From positions 1-49,941 of the forward strand of contig CAZBQC010000002.1 in assembly GCA_964494015.1 (NCBI GenBank): a stretch of DNA of 49,941 nt, read 5' to 3'. Under the pieces are notes generated by a model. It was not told the DNA's origin and did no database searches. It was given only the letters and a program-made list of their open reading frames with translations. The DNA is from an uncultured Muribaculaceae bacterium. GTDB taxonomy: Bacteria; Bacillota_I; Bacilli_A; RF39; UBA660. The stretch's first letter is position 1; each line of letters begins with the position of its first letter. Made by a program: the position numbers and the translations under genes. This document shows positions 42,050 through 49,941 of this stretch, in pieces.

Positions 42050-42361
42050 ATGTCAAACGGAAAGGTTCGCATCAGACTAAAGGCCTACGATCATAGAATA
42101 CTTGACAATGCAACTAGTCGTATCGTCGAAACTGTCAAAAGATCAGGTGGTGTCATAAGTGGTCCAATACCGCTACCAACTGAAATTGACAAGTACACAG
42201 TTTTAAGATCTCCTCACAAGTACAAAGATGCTCGTGAGCAGTTTGAAATGCGTACACATAAGAGATTAATTGATATTAAGAACCCAAGTAAGGAAATTAT
42301 AGATGCTTTAACACATTTAGACTTACCTAGTGGTGTAGATATCGAAGTAAAAACAAATTAA
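42050..42361 (+). CDS. rpsJ: 30S ribosomal protein S10
   Basis: [14 protein letters not shown]...ISGPIPLPT...[27 protein letters not shown]. Confidence 0.97.
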   Translation: MSNGKVRIRLKAYDHRILDNATSRIVETVKRSGGVISGPIPLPTEIDKYTVLRSPHKYKDAREQFEMRTHKRLIDIKNPSKEIIDALTHLDLPSGVDIEVKTN

Positions 42362-42386
42362 TTAATAATATTAGGAGGATTAAATT

Positions 42387-43211
42387 ATGAAAGGAATCTT
42401 AGGAAAAAAGATTGGAATGACTCAAGTATTTACTACTAAAGGTAAATTGATTCCGGTCACAGTCGTCGAAGTTGAACCAAATATCGTAACACAAGTTAAA
42501 ACTAACGAAAAAGATGGTTACGAAGCTATTCAACTTGGAGCAGTCACTGTCAAGGCTAAATCAAGCAATAAAGCTAAAATGGGTCATACTAACAAAGCAA
42601 ATACAGAACCTAAGCGCTTCTTAAAAGAAATTAGGGGATTAAAATCAAGCAACTATACTTTAGGGCAAATCATCGATGTAACTTTATTTGAACCAGGAGA
42701 AGTAGTTGATGTCACTGGAATCAGTAAAGGTAAAGGATTCCAAGGTGTTATTAAGAGATATAATCAAACTAGAGGTCCAATGGGACATGGTTCACAATAT
42801 CATCGTGGAGTTGGTTCACTTGGAACCAGATTACCAATGCATGTTATTAAAGGTAAGAAGATGCCCGGACACATGGGTAGCGAATTAACTACCATCCAAA
42901 ACTTGGAAGTAGTCAGTATCGATATCGAAAAGAATGTTATTTTAATTAAAGGTAATGTTCCTGGTCCAAAAAATTCTTTAGTTATAATTAAGAGTGCAGT
43001 TAAAGGTAATGGTAAGAAGAATAAATTAGAAGAACTTATTAGTTACGAGGAGATAGTTCCGGAAGAAGAGAATATTGTCGGTTCTGAAGAGACAGTCGTC
43101 GAAGAAGAAAACGTCGTCGATTCTGAAGAGGTGGCAGTAGAAGAAAATGCTACAACTGAGGAAATCGAGAGCGAAACTACTCAAACTGAAGAAGTAACTG
43201 AAGAAAAATAA
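42387..43211 (+). CDS. rplC: 50S ribosomal protein L3 with a ~60-aa acidic C-terminal extension
   Basis: [15 protein letters not shown]...[10 protein letters not shown]...[15 protein letters not shown], then a Glu-rich tail built from a 39-nt tandem repeat. Confidence 0.95.
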   Translation: MKGILGKKIGMTQVFTTKGKLIPVTVVEVEPNIVTQVKTNEKDGYEAIQLGAVTVKAKSSNKAKMGHTNKANTEPKRFLKEIRGLKSSNYTLGQIIDVTLFEPGEVVDVTGISKGKGFQGVIKRYNQTRGPMGHGSQYHRGVGSLGTRLPMHVIKGKKMPGHMGSELTTIQNLEVVSIDIEKNVILIKGNVPGPKNSLVIIKSAVKGNGKKNKLEELISYEEIVPEEENIVGSEETVVEEENVVDSEEVAVEENATTEEIESETTQTEEVTEEK

Positions 43212-43253
43212 TCATCACAAACTATTAACTAGTGATGAGAGGAGGAAAAGTAG

Positions 43254-43877
43254 ATGAAAAAGATAAAACTTTTAAATAATAAAGGTGAAAAAATTAAAGA
43301 TATTAATTTAAATGAAGAAATATTTGCTATTGAACCAAATGATAAAGTTTTATATGATGCGATTATTTTAAGTCGTGCATCCTTAAGACAAGGAACTCAT
43401 AAAACTAAGACTCGTGCCGAAGTTTCTGGTGGTGGTAGAAAACCATGGAAACAAAAAGGGACAGGTCATGCTAGACAAGGTTCAATTAGAGCTGTTCAAT
43501 GGAAAGGTGGAGGCGTTTACGCAGGACCAGTTCCAAGGGACTACAGCAAAAAAATGAATCGTAAAGAACGTCGCTTAGCACTAAAGACAGCTTTAACATA
43601 TATTGCTAAGGAAGATATGGTAGCAGTAGAAAAGTTAGATTTTGCTACTCCAAAAACCAAAGAGTTAATCAGTTTTCTAGAAAACTTAAAAATAGCTGAT
43701 AAAAAGGTTTTAGTTGTGGCTCAAGAACTAAGCGAAAACTTGATTTTAGCATCTCGTAATTTACCAAATATTATGATTATGGAAGCTAATGAAATCAATA
43801 CTTTGGACTTAGTGACAGCCGATAAGTTGATTATCGAGGAAGCAGCTATTAAGACCTTAGAGGAGGTGCTAAAGTAA
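43254..43877 (+). CDS. rplD: 50S ribosomal protein L4
   Basis: RQGTHKTKTRAEVSGGGRKPWKQKGTGHARQGSIRAVQWKGGG. Confidence 0.95.
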   Translation: MKKIKLLNNKGEKIKDINLNEEIFAIEPNDKVLYDAIILSRASLRQGTHKTKTRAEVSGGGRKPWKQKGTGHARQGSIRAVQWKGGGVYAGPVPRDYSKKMNRKERRLALKTALTYIAKEDMVAVEKLDFATPKTKELISFLENLKIADKKVLVVAQELSENLILASRNLPNIMIMEANEINTLDLVTADKLIIEEAAIKTLEEVLK

Positions 43878-44158
43878 TGGATACTAAATATTTAGAAATT
43901 ATTAAGGGTCCAGTCGTTACTGAAAAAAGTGGCTTGGCAGCGAATCAAAATAAATATAGTTTTAAAGTTGATCCTAGAAGTACTAAGTTAGAGATCAAGA
44001 ATGCTATTGAAAAAATATTTAAGGTGAAAGTTGAGAGGATAAGTACTCTTATTGTGAAACCTAAGAAAAAGAAAGTTGGTCGTTATACTGGGCTATCTAA
44101 TCGCATCAAGAAAGCAATTGTTACTTTAAAAGATGGTCAAAAGATCGATCTAAACTAG
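43877..44158 (+). CDS. rplW: 50S ribosomal protein L23
   Basis: IIKGPVVTEKS...YSFKVDPRSTKLEIKNAIEKIFKVKV. Confidence 0.95.
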   Translation: MDTKYLEIIKGPVVTEKSGLAANQNKYSFKVDPRSTKLEIKNAIEKIFKVKVERISTLIVKPKKKKVGRYTGLSNRIKKAIVTLKDGQKIDLN

Positions 44159-44173
44159 GAAGGTGGTATAAAG

Positions 44174-45001
44174 ATGGCAATTATTAATTTTAAACCGACA
44201 ACTAATGCTAGACGTAAGATGAGTAAATTAGTTAATGAAGAACTAACTAAAAAAGCACCGGAAAAGAGCCTAGTTGTTCGTAAGGTTAAAAATGGTGGAC
44301 GTAATAATCAAGGTAAAATTACGGTTAGACATCAAGGTGGAGGCGCCAAAAGAAAATATCGTCTTGTCGATTTTAAACGTGATAAGGCTGATATTGAAGG
44401 AGTCGTTGCTGCTGTTGAGTACGATCCAAACCGTAGTGCTAATATTGCTTTAATCAATTATGTCGATGGTGAAAAAAGATATATTTTGGCACCAAAAGGT
44501 CTTAAAGTAAAAGACAAAATCATAAGTGGTGAAAAAGTTGACATTAAAGTAGGTAATGCTTTACCGATCATGAATATTCCAGTTGGTGCAGTCATTCATA
44601 ATATTGAACTTCGTCCTAAAAAGGGTGGGGAGCTAGCAAGAAGTGCTGGTGCCTCGGCTCAAATTTTAGGTCGAGAAGATACCTATGTTATGGTACGACT
44701 AAGTAGTGGAGAACAAAGAAAAATTCTAGGTACCTGTTATGCTACGATCGGTGAAGTTGGCAATGAAGACCATGAGTTAATAAAGCTTGGTAAAGCAGGA
44801 AGAACTCGTCACATGGGAATTCGTCCAACTGTTCGTGGTTCAGCTATGAACCCTAACGATCACCCACATGGTGGTGGTGAGGGTAAAGCACCAATCGGTC
44901 GTAAAGGACCAGTTACTCCTTGGGGTAAACCAGCCCTTGGATATAAGACAAGAAAGAATAAGGCTAGCAATAAATTTATTGTTCGCCATCGTTCAAAATA
45001 A
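44174..45001 (+). CDS. rplB: 50S ribosomal protein L2
   Basis: [16 protein letters not shown]...RSAGASAQI...[14 protein letters not shown]. Confidence 0.97.
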   Translation: MAIINFKPTTNARRKMSKLVNEELTKKAPEKSLVVRKVKNGGRNNQGKITVRHQGGGAKRKYRLVDFKRDKADIEGVVAAVEYDPNRSANIALINYVDGEKRYILAPKGLKVKDKIISGEKVDIKVGNALPIMNIPVGAVIHNIELRPKKGGELARSAGASAQILGREDTYVMVRLSSGEQRKILGTCYATIGEVGNEDHELIKLGKAGRTRHMGIRPTVRGSAMNPNDHPHGGGEGKAPIGRKGPVTPWGKPALGYKTRKNKASNKFIVRHRSK

Positions 45002-45019
45002 AGAAAGGATAGGTAGAAT

Positions 45020-45313
45020 ATGGCAAGAAGCTTAAAAAAAGGACCTTATGTCTTTGATAGACTATTAACTAAGGTCAAAAATTTAAACAAGTCTGGGAAA
45101 AAAGAAGTTATTAAAACTTGGTCTCGTCGTTCGACAATATATCCTGACTTTATTGGACACACGTTTGCAGTACATAACGGAAAAGAATTTATTCCGGTTT
45201 ATGTTACTGAGGATATGGTAGGACATAAATTAGGAGAATTCTCCTTAACCCGTAAATTTACTGGTCATGGTGAAGAAAAGAAAACAACGACAACAACACC
45301 TAAAGCTAACTAG
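45020..45313 (+). CDS. rpsS: 30S ribosomal protein S19
   Basis: [11 protein letters not shown]...[25 protein letters not shown]...GHKLGEF. Confidence 0.97.
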   Translation: MARSLKKGPYVFDRLLTKVKNLNKSGKKEVIKTWSRRSTIYPDFIGHTFAVHNGKEFIPVYVTEDMVGHKLGEFSLTRKFTGHGEEKKTTTTTPKAN

Positions 45314-45327
45314 GAGGAAAAAGATAT

Positions 45328-45660
45328 ATGGAATCATATGCAATTGCTAAATCAGTAAGAGTATCACCCATTAAAAGTCGACTAGTAATTGACTTAATTC
45401 GTGGTAAGAATATTGATGAAGCGCTAAATATATTAAATAATTATCGTAATAAGCCTTCACGATTAATTAAAAAGGTTTTAGATTCAGCTATTGCTAATGC
45501 CGTTAACAATAATAAAGCTGATCGTAATAAACTATATGTCAGTGAAGCAAGAATCGATGCTGGTCCAGTCATGAAACGTGGCCTATTTGATTCAAGAGGT
45601 CATACGGGACATAACGACAAGAGAACTAGTCATATTGTCGTAAAAGTGGCTAGTAGGTAG
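45328..45660 (+). CDS. rplV: 50S ribosomal protein L22
   Basis: AIAKSVRVSPIKSRLVIDLIRGK...ALNIL...SAIANA. Confidence 0.95.
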   Translation: MESYAIAKSVRVSPIKSRLVIDLIRGKNIDEALNILNNYRNKPSRLIKKVLDSAIANAVNNNKADRNKLYVSEARIDAGPVMKRGLFDSRGHTGHNDKRTSHIVVKVASR

Positions 45661-45669
45661 GAGGATAAT

Positions 45670-46344
45670 ATGGGTCAAAAGGTTAGTCCAGTCGGATTTA
45701 GAATTGGTATTAATAAAGACTGGGAATCAAAATGGTATGCGCCTACTAAAGATTTTTCTAAATATTTAAACAATGATATTAAAATTCGTGCTTATTTAGA
45801 AAAGAATTTAGGGGATGCCGGTATTTCTAAAATTGAAATTGAAAGAAATAAAAGAAGAACAGAAGTAATTATCCACACTGTCAAGCCAGGAATTATTATT
45901 GGACGTGGTGGAGAAGAAATTGAAAAATTGAAGAAGATTTTATCAAAATTAGTTGATGAGAGCGTTCAAGTATCAGTTGTTGACCTTAAAAATGCTGATA
46001 TTAATGCTAAAATAGTGGCTGATTCGATTGCTAAGCAAATTGAGAATCGTGCATCTTTTAGAATGGCTCAAAAACGAGCTATTAGAAATGCCATGAAAGC
46101 TGGAGCTAAGGGAATTAAGACTCTAGTTTCAGGACGCTTAGGTGGCGTAGAAATGGCAAGACGTGAAGGTTATACTGAAGGAACTATTCCACTTCATACG
46201 ATTAGAGCTGATGTCGATTATGCAACAAGTGTTGCCAATACAACTTTTGGTAAGATCGGCGTTAAAATATGGATTTATAAAGGTGAAATACTTCCAGTGA
46301 AAAAAGGAGGTAAGGACAATGGCAATTATACCAGCAAGAGTTAA
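45670..46344 (+). CDS. rpsC: 30S ribosomal protein S3
   Basis: [24 protein letters not shown]...[12 protein letters not shown]. Confidence 0.97.
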   Translation: MGQKVSPVGFRIGINKDWESKWYAPTKDFSKYLNNDIKIRAYLEKNLGDAGISKIEIERNKRRTEVIIHTVKPGIIIGRGGEEIEKLKKILSKLVDESVQVSVVDLKNADINAKIVADSIAKQIENRASFRMAQKRAIRNAMKAGAKGIKTLVSGRLGGVEMARREGYTEGTIPLHTIRADVDYATSVANTTFGKIGVKIWIYKGEILPVKKGGKDNGNYTSKS

Positions 46345-46753
46345 ATTCCGTCGCGTACATCGCTTACCTTATGAAGGAAGAGCTAAAGGAAATAGAGAAT
46401 TATACTTTGGCGACTTTGGTTTAGTGGCTAAAGAAGGAGCTTGGATTTCAAGTAACCAAATCGAAGCAGCACGTGTTGCGATGACTAGGTACATGAAACG
46501 TGGTGGAAAAGTATGGATCAATATTTTCCCTCATATGCCAAGAACTAAGAAACCACTTGAAACTCGTCAAGGAAAAGGTAAAGGTAATGTCGAGGAATGG
46601 GTTGCAGTCGTTAAAGAAGGCAAAATCTTATTTGAAATTGCTGGAATTGATGAAGCAACAGCTAGAGAAGCTTTAAGACTAGCATCTCATAAGTTATCGA
46701 TTCAAACAAAATTTATAAAAAAAGAAAATGGTGGTGAACGAAATGAAGGTTAA
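46319..46753 (+). CDS. rplP: 50S ribosomal protein L16
   Basis: [34 protein letters not shown] upstream. Overlaps the rpsC 3' end. Confidence 0.93.
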   Translation: MAIIPARVKFRRVHRLPYEGRAKGNRELYFGDFGLVAKEGAWISSNQIEAARVAMTRYMKRGGKVWINIFPHMPRTKKPLETRQGKGKGNVEEWVAVVKEGKILFEIAGIDEATAREALRLASHKLSIQTKFIKKENGGERNEG

Positions 46754-46952
46754 TGAGATAAGAAAACTAACCACTGCCGAAATTACTAAAAAAGTTAAGG
46801 AAGGTAAAGAAGAATTATTCAATTTACGTTTCCAACAAGCAACAGGTAATTTAGAGAAACCTTCAAGAATGAGAGAGTTAAGACACGAAGTAGCAAGACT
46901 AAAGACAGTTCTAAAGGAACGTGAACTAGCTGAGGAGGTTAACAATGGATAA
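46743..46952 (+). CDS. rpmC: 50S ribosomal protein L29
   Basis: [14 protein letters not shown]...[15 protein letters not shown]. Start set at the internal ATG at 46743 rather than the track start at 46728. Confidence 0.9.
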   Translation: MKVNEIRKLTTAEITKKVKEGKEELFNLRFQQATGNLEKPSRMRELRHEVARLKTVLKERELAEEVNNG

Positions 46953-47202
46953 AACTAAAAAAGAGTTAATTGGTAAAGTCGTAAGTGCTAAAAATAGTAA
47001 GACTATTACCGTTTTAGTTGAAACTTACAAGACTGATCGCCTATATGGTAAAAGAGTTAAATATTCTAAGAAATATGCTGTTCATGATGAAAGCAATAAA
47101 GCTAAAGTTGGGGACACCGTTAGAATTATCGAAACGAAACCAATCTCAAAGACTAAATATTTTTATTTAAAAGAAATAGTAAAGAAAGCAGTTATTTTAT
47201 AA
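46945..47202 (+). CDS. rpsQ: 30S ribosomal protein S17
   Basis: [19 protein letters not shown]...[16 protein letters not shown]...[16 protein letters not shown]. Confidence 0.95.
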   Translation: MDKTKKELIGKVVSAKNSKTITVLVETYKTDRLYGKRVKYSKKYAVHDESNKAKVGDTVRIIETKPISKTKYFYLKEIVKKAVIL

Positions 47203-47224
47203 CTCTAAAAAGGAGGAAAAAGAG

Positions 47225-47593
47225 ATGATAGGGCAAGAGACTGAATTAAAGGTTGCCGATAACTCTGGAGCACGTGAAGTATTAGTTATTCGTGTTAAGG
47301 GTGGTAGCAACAGAAAATTTGGTAATATTGGCGATACAGTCGTATGTACTGTTAAAAGTGCAATCCCAAATGGGACTGTTGCTAAAGGCAAAGTTGTCAA
47401 AGCTGTTATAGTAAGAAGTACTTTTGGAGTTAGAAGAAAAGACGGAAGTTACATTAAATTCGATGATAATGCATGTGTCATTATTAAAGATGATAAAAGT
47501 CCAGTGGGAACCAGAATTTTCGGACCAGTGGCACGTGAACTTCGCGGAAAAGATTTCATGAAAATTGTTTCTTTAGCTAAAGAAGTACTATAG
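47225..47593 (+). CDS. rplN: 50S ribosomal protein L14
   Basis: [24 protein letters not shown]...FDDNACVII...[12 protein letters not shown]. Confidence 0.97.
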   Translation: MIGQETELKVADNSGAREVLVIRVKGGSNRKFGNIGDTVVCTVKSAIPNGTVAKGKVVKAVIVRSTFGVRRKDGSYIKFDDNACVIIKDDKSPVGTRIFGPVARELRGKDFMKIVSLAKEVL

Positions 47594-47603
47594 GGAGGAA
47601 ATT

Positions 47604-47915
47604 ATGAACTTTAAAGTAGGAGATAAAGTAATCGTTATTGCTGGATCTAATAAAGGTAAAGAAGGAAAAATCAAGAAGACGTTAAGACAAGAAAATAAAG
47701 TTATTATCGAAGGCGTTAACCTTATTAAAAAGCATAAAAAAGCTTCCCAAAATGAAACTGGTGGAATTCTAGAATTAGAAGGACCAATTCATGCATCTAA
47801 TGTTATGAGATTAGACCCTAAGACTAAGAAGAGAGTAAGAAGTGGGAAAGCTGTAACAGAAGATCACACAAAGAAAGTTAAAATTTCAAAGAAATCAAAC
47901 GAAAAGTTTGATTAA
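47604..47915 (+). CDS. rplX: 50S ribosomal protein L24
   Basis: KVGDKVIVIAGSNKGKEGKIKK (KOW motif)...IHASNVM. Confidence 0.93.
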   Translation: MNFKVGDKVIVIAGSNKGKEGKIKKTLRQENKVIIEGVNLIKKHKKASQNETGGILELEGPIHASNVMRLDPKTKKRVRSGKAVTEDHTKKVKISKKSNEKFD

Positions 47916-47934
47916 TTGGAAGGAGGGTATGTAA

Positions 47935-48474
47935 ATGAACCGCCTAAAAGAAAAGTACTTAAAAGAAGTTGTTCCAAGCTTAATGAAAAAGCATGGATAT
48001 AAATCAGTGATGCAAGTTCCTTATTTAGAGAAAATTGTTGTCAATATTGGAGTGGGGGATGCCACGACCAATTCGAAGTTACTTGATGCCGCAGTTAACG
48101 ATTTAACTATTATAACTGGTCAAAAGCCAGTTGTCACTAAAGCTAAAAAGTCAATTGCTAATTTCAAGGTCAGAGAAGGACAATCAATTGGTTGCAAAGT
48201 TACTCTAAGAGGAGAAAATATGTATAATTTTATGGATAAATTAATTAATATTTCTCTTCCTCGTGTTCGTGATTTTCGAGGTGTTAGTCCTAAAGCTTTC
48301 GATGGTAGAGGAAACTATACTTTAGGAATTAAAGAACAATTAATCTTTGCCGAAGTCGAATATGACAGCATTGTCAAAATTCGTGGTATGGACATCATCT
48401 TCGTCACAACCGCTAAAACTAATAAAGAGGCATATGATTTACTAGAAGAACTTGGAATTCCTTTTAGAAAGTAA
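47935..48474 (+). CDS. rplE: 50S ribosomal protein L5
   Basis: [14 protein letters not shown]...[23 protein letters not shown]...RGMDI. Confidence 0.97.
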   Translation: MNRLKEKYLKEVVPSLMKKHGYKSVMQVPYLEKIVVNIGVGDATTNSKLLDAAVNDLTIITGQKPVVTKAKKSIANFKVREGQSIGCKVTLRGENMYNFMDKLINISLPRVRDFRGVSPKAFDGRGNYTLGIKEQLIFAEVEYDSIVKIRGMDIIFVTTAKTNKEAYDLLEELGIPFRK

Positions 48475-48486
48475 TGGGAGGATAAA

Positions 48487-48672
48487 ATGGCAAAAAAAAG
48501 TATAATTATTAAAGCTAATCGTAAACAAAAATTCAAAGTACGTGAATATACTCGTTGCAAGAGATGTGGAAGACCACATGCTGTCATGAGTAAATTTGGT
48601 ATTTGCCGAATCTGTTTTAGAGAATTAGCATATAAAGGACAAATACCAGGAATTAAAAAATCAAGCTGGTAG
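48487..48672 (+). CDS. rpsN: 30S ribosomal protein S14 type Z (zinc-binding)
   Basis: 61 aa. [10 protein letters not shown]...CRICFRELA (CxxC...CxxC). Confidence 0.95.
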   Translation: MAKKSIIIKANRKQKFKVREYTRCKRCGRPHAVMSKFGICRICFRELAYKGQIPGIKKSSW

Positions 48673-48687
48673 AAGGAGGAATAAATA

Positions 48688-49086
48688 ATGGTAGTAACCG
48701 ATACAATCGCAGATATGCTAACTAGAATTCGTAATGCTAGTAGTATGAACTACTTAGAAGTGAAGGTACCTGCTTCAAAATTAAAAATTGAGCTAGCAAG
48801 AATCCTGAAAGAAGAAGGATTTATTGAAGATTATAAAATAGTTGAAGAAGGTGTTCAAGGAACAATTCTATTGACATTAAAATATGGTGAAAAGAAAGAA
48901 AGAGTAATTACGGGATTAAGACGTATTTCGAAACCGGGATTGAGAGTTTATGCTAAGAGTACAGAAATACCTAAGGTATTAAATGGATTAGGAATAGCTA
49001 TTATTTCTACTTCTCATGGTATTATGACTGATAAAGAGGCAAGGAAGCAAAATCTTGGTGGCGAAGTACTTGCTTACATCTGGTAA
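48688..49086 (+). CDS. rpsH: 30S ribosomal protein S8
   Basis: [14 protein letters not shown]...[16 protein letters not shown]...[10 protein letters not shown]. Confidence 0.97.
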   Translation: MVVTDTIADMLTRIRNASSMNYLEVKVPASKLKIELARILKEEGFIEDYKIVEEGVQGTILLTLKYGEKKERVITGLRRISKPGLRVYAKSTEIPKVLNGLGIAIISTSHGIMTDKEARKQNLGGEVLAYIW

Positions 49087-49099
49087 GTAGGAGGCATAT

Positions 49100-49636
49100 A
49101 TGAGCCGTATAGGAAACAGAAAATTAATTATACCTGATGGAGTCACCGTTACTTTAGAAGGTAATCTTGTTACTGTTAAAGGACTAAAAGGTGAATTATC
49201 GACCACTTTAGATAAAGATATTACGATGAAGTTGGAAGATAAGACCATCAGTTTGACAAGAAATAATGAACTACTTGAAACTAGAGCTAAACATGGAACA
49301 ATGAATGCTAATATCAATAATATGATCAATGGTGTCAAGCATGGTTACAAGAAGGAATTAGAAATCGTCGGTGTAGGATATCGCTTTAATTTAAGAGGAG
49401 ATAAACTAGTAATTAGTGCTGGATACTCTCATCCAGTTGAAGTAATGATACCAAAAGACATCAAGATCGAAGTACCTAGTAATACGGAGTTAACCATCAG
49501 TGGAATTGACAAAGTATTAGTAGGTGAGTTTGCAGCACAAATTAGGGAAATTAGAAGACCAGAACCTTATAAAGGTAAAGGTATTCGTTATAAAGACGAA
49601 TATATTCGTCGTAAAGAAGGAAAGAAAGCTGCTTAA
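49100..49636 (+). CDS. rplF: 50S ribosomal protein L6
   Basis: MSRIGNRKLIIPDGVTV...VGVGYRF...PEPYKGKGIRY. Confidence 0.97.
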   Translation: MSRIGNRKLIIPDGVTVTLEGNLVTVKGLKGELSTTLDKDITMKLEDKTISLTRNNELLETRAKHGTMNANINNMINGVKHGYKKELEIVGVGYRFNLRGDKLVISAGYSHPVEVMIPKDIKIEVPSNTELTISGIDKVLVGEFAAQIREIRRPEPYKGKGIRYKDEYIRRKEGKKAA

Positions 49637-49660
49637 TAAGTAGAAGGGAGAAATTTACTT

Positions 49661-49941
49661 ATGATTAAAAAAATGACAAGAAACGACATGCGTAAAATTA
49701 GACATAGTCGTATTAGAAGTAAAATGTTTGGAACAAGCGAAGTACCAAGACTTAATGTTTATCGCTCAAACTTGGGAATTTATGCTCAAATTATCGATGA
49801 TGAAACTTCGACTACTTTAGCTAGTGCATCATCACTAGATAAGAGCTTGAAACTTAAGAATGGCAGTAATAAAGAAGCAGCATCAAAAGTTGGAGAAGCG
49901 ATTGCCAAAGCTGCTAAAAAAGCTAAAATTACCAAAGTTGT
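49661..49941 (+). CDS. rplR: 50S ribosomal protein L18 (3'-truncated by the window end)
   Basis: [52 protein letters not shown] upstream. The ORF runs off the window. Confidence 0.9.
   Translation, partial: MIKKMTRNDMRKIRHSRIRSKMFGTSEVPRLNVYRSNLGIYAQIIDDETSTTLASASSLDKSLKLKNGSNKEAASKVGEAIAKAAKKAKITKV

Noticed and set aside
1-49941. Many 60-116-aa ORFs in the track that lie antisense to, or out of frame within, longer well-supported genes. Examples: 1482-1664, 3417-3599, 5883-6098, 6861-7061, 9793-9981, 10417-10677, 11106-11369, 11506-11724, 12211-12423, 12445-12693, 14906-15142, 16602-16784, 17835-18032, 18523-18732, 21935-22213, 25003-25200, 25698-25895, 28426-28647, 29224-29505, 31632-31841, 35401-35625, 37854-38060, 38571-38819, 42706-42888, 46694-46945, 47197-47400, 48315-48587 and 48988-49338.
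   Set aside because: These are shadow ORFs typical of AT-rich DNA. They have no RBS and low-complexity or hydrophobic nonsense composition, and each fully overlaps a gene with strong motif support.
1-49941. CRISPR arrays, rRNA genes, and known riboswitch, T-box or tmRNA elements.
   Set aside because: No regularly spaced direct repeats were seen, and no sequence matched the conserved cores I can recall. Absence is by eye only, and a covariance-model scan would be needed to be sure.

Overview
This is a low-GC, Bacillota-type chromosomal segment. It uses the standard genetic code (TGA is a stop) and carries spore-related cell-wall genes. All product calls come from reading motifs by eye; no searches were run.

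Layout:
- 0.1-7.3 kb: cell-envelope and housekeeping genes. These are an HExxH protein, a CwlD-like amidase, an Abi_2 protein, HtrA, an amidase with five LysM repeats, RsmI and a CwlJ/SleB-like hydrolase.
- 7.3-9.5 kb: a solitary tRNA-Trp followed by a ~2 kb islet that ends in a 47-bp copy of the tRNA 3' half.
- 9.6-17.2 kb: an NlpC/P60 surface protein, a DUF2935 protein, an NCS2 permease, an AlkD-like protein, a SAM methyltransferase and hypotheticals.
- 17.3-26.5 kb, operon 1: an unannotated 32-aa Cys-rich small ORF, a leaky terminator hairpin, a radical-SAM/SPASM enzyme, a degenerate rSAM-like partner, a second rSAM, a Tet(M)/Tet(O)-like GTPase, an M29 aminopeptidase, a GNAT and a PLP-fold-like protein. 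A separately promoted MoaA-like rSAM follows.
- 26.5-33.6 kb: a nucleotidyltransferase, a prophage remnant (ArpU-like gene, an IS3-family element with an A7G frameshift site, an Amidase_2 lysin), TspO, DinB and an HD (p)ppGpp-hydrolase-like protein.
- 33.75-39.35 kb, operon 2: a GT2-M29 aminopeptidase fusion, two paralogous rSAM/SPASM enzymes, a P-loop-like protein and an unannotated Cys-free 42-aa small ORF at the 3' end.
- 39.5-41.7 kb: an HD-domain protein translationally coupled to a RimJ/RimL-like GNAT.
- 42.0 kb to the end: the S10-spc ribosomal protein operon (rpsJ through a partial rplR).

Main hunt result: there are two related radical-SAM peptide-maturation (RiPP-like) systems. I do not recognise their gene combinations as any described class. 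Both precursor genes fall below the 60-aa cutoff of the ORF track. Operon 1 contains an in-operon ribosomal-protection-type GTPase. Operon 2 appears to be an ~8 kb insertion into the rpsJ upstream intergenic region, because its two flanks look duplicated.
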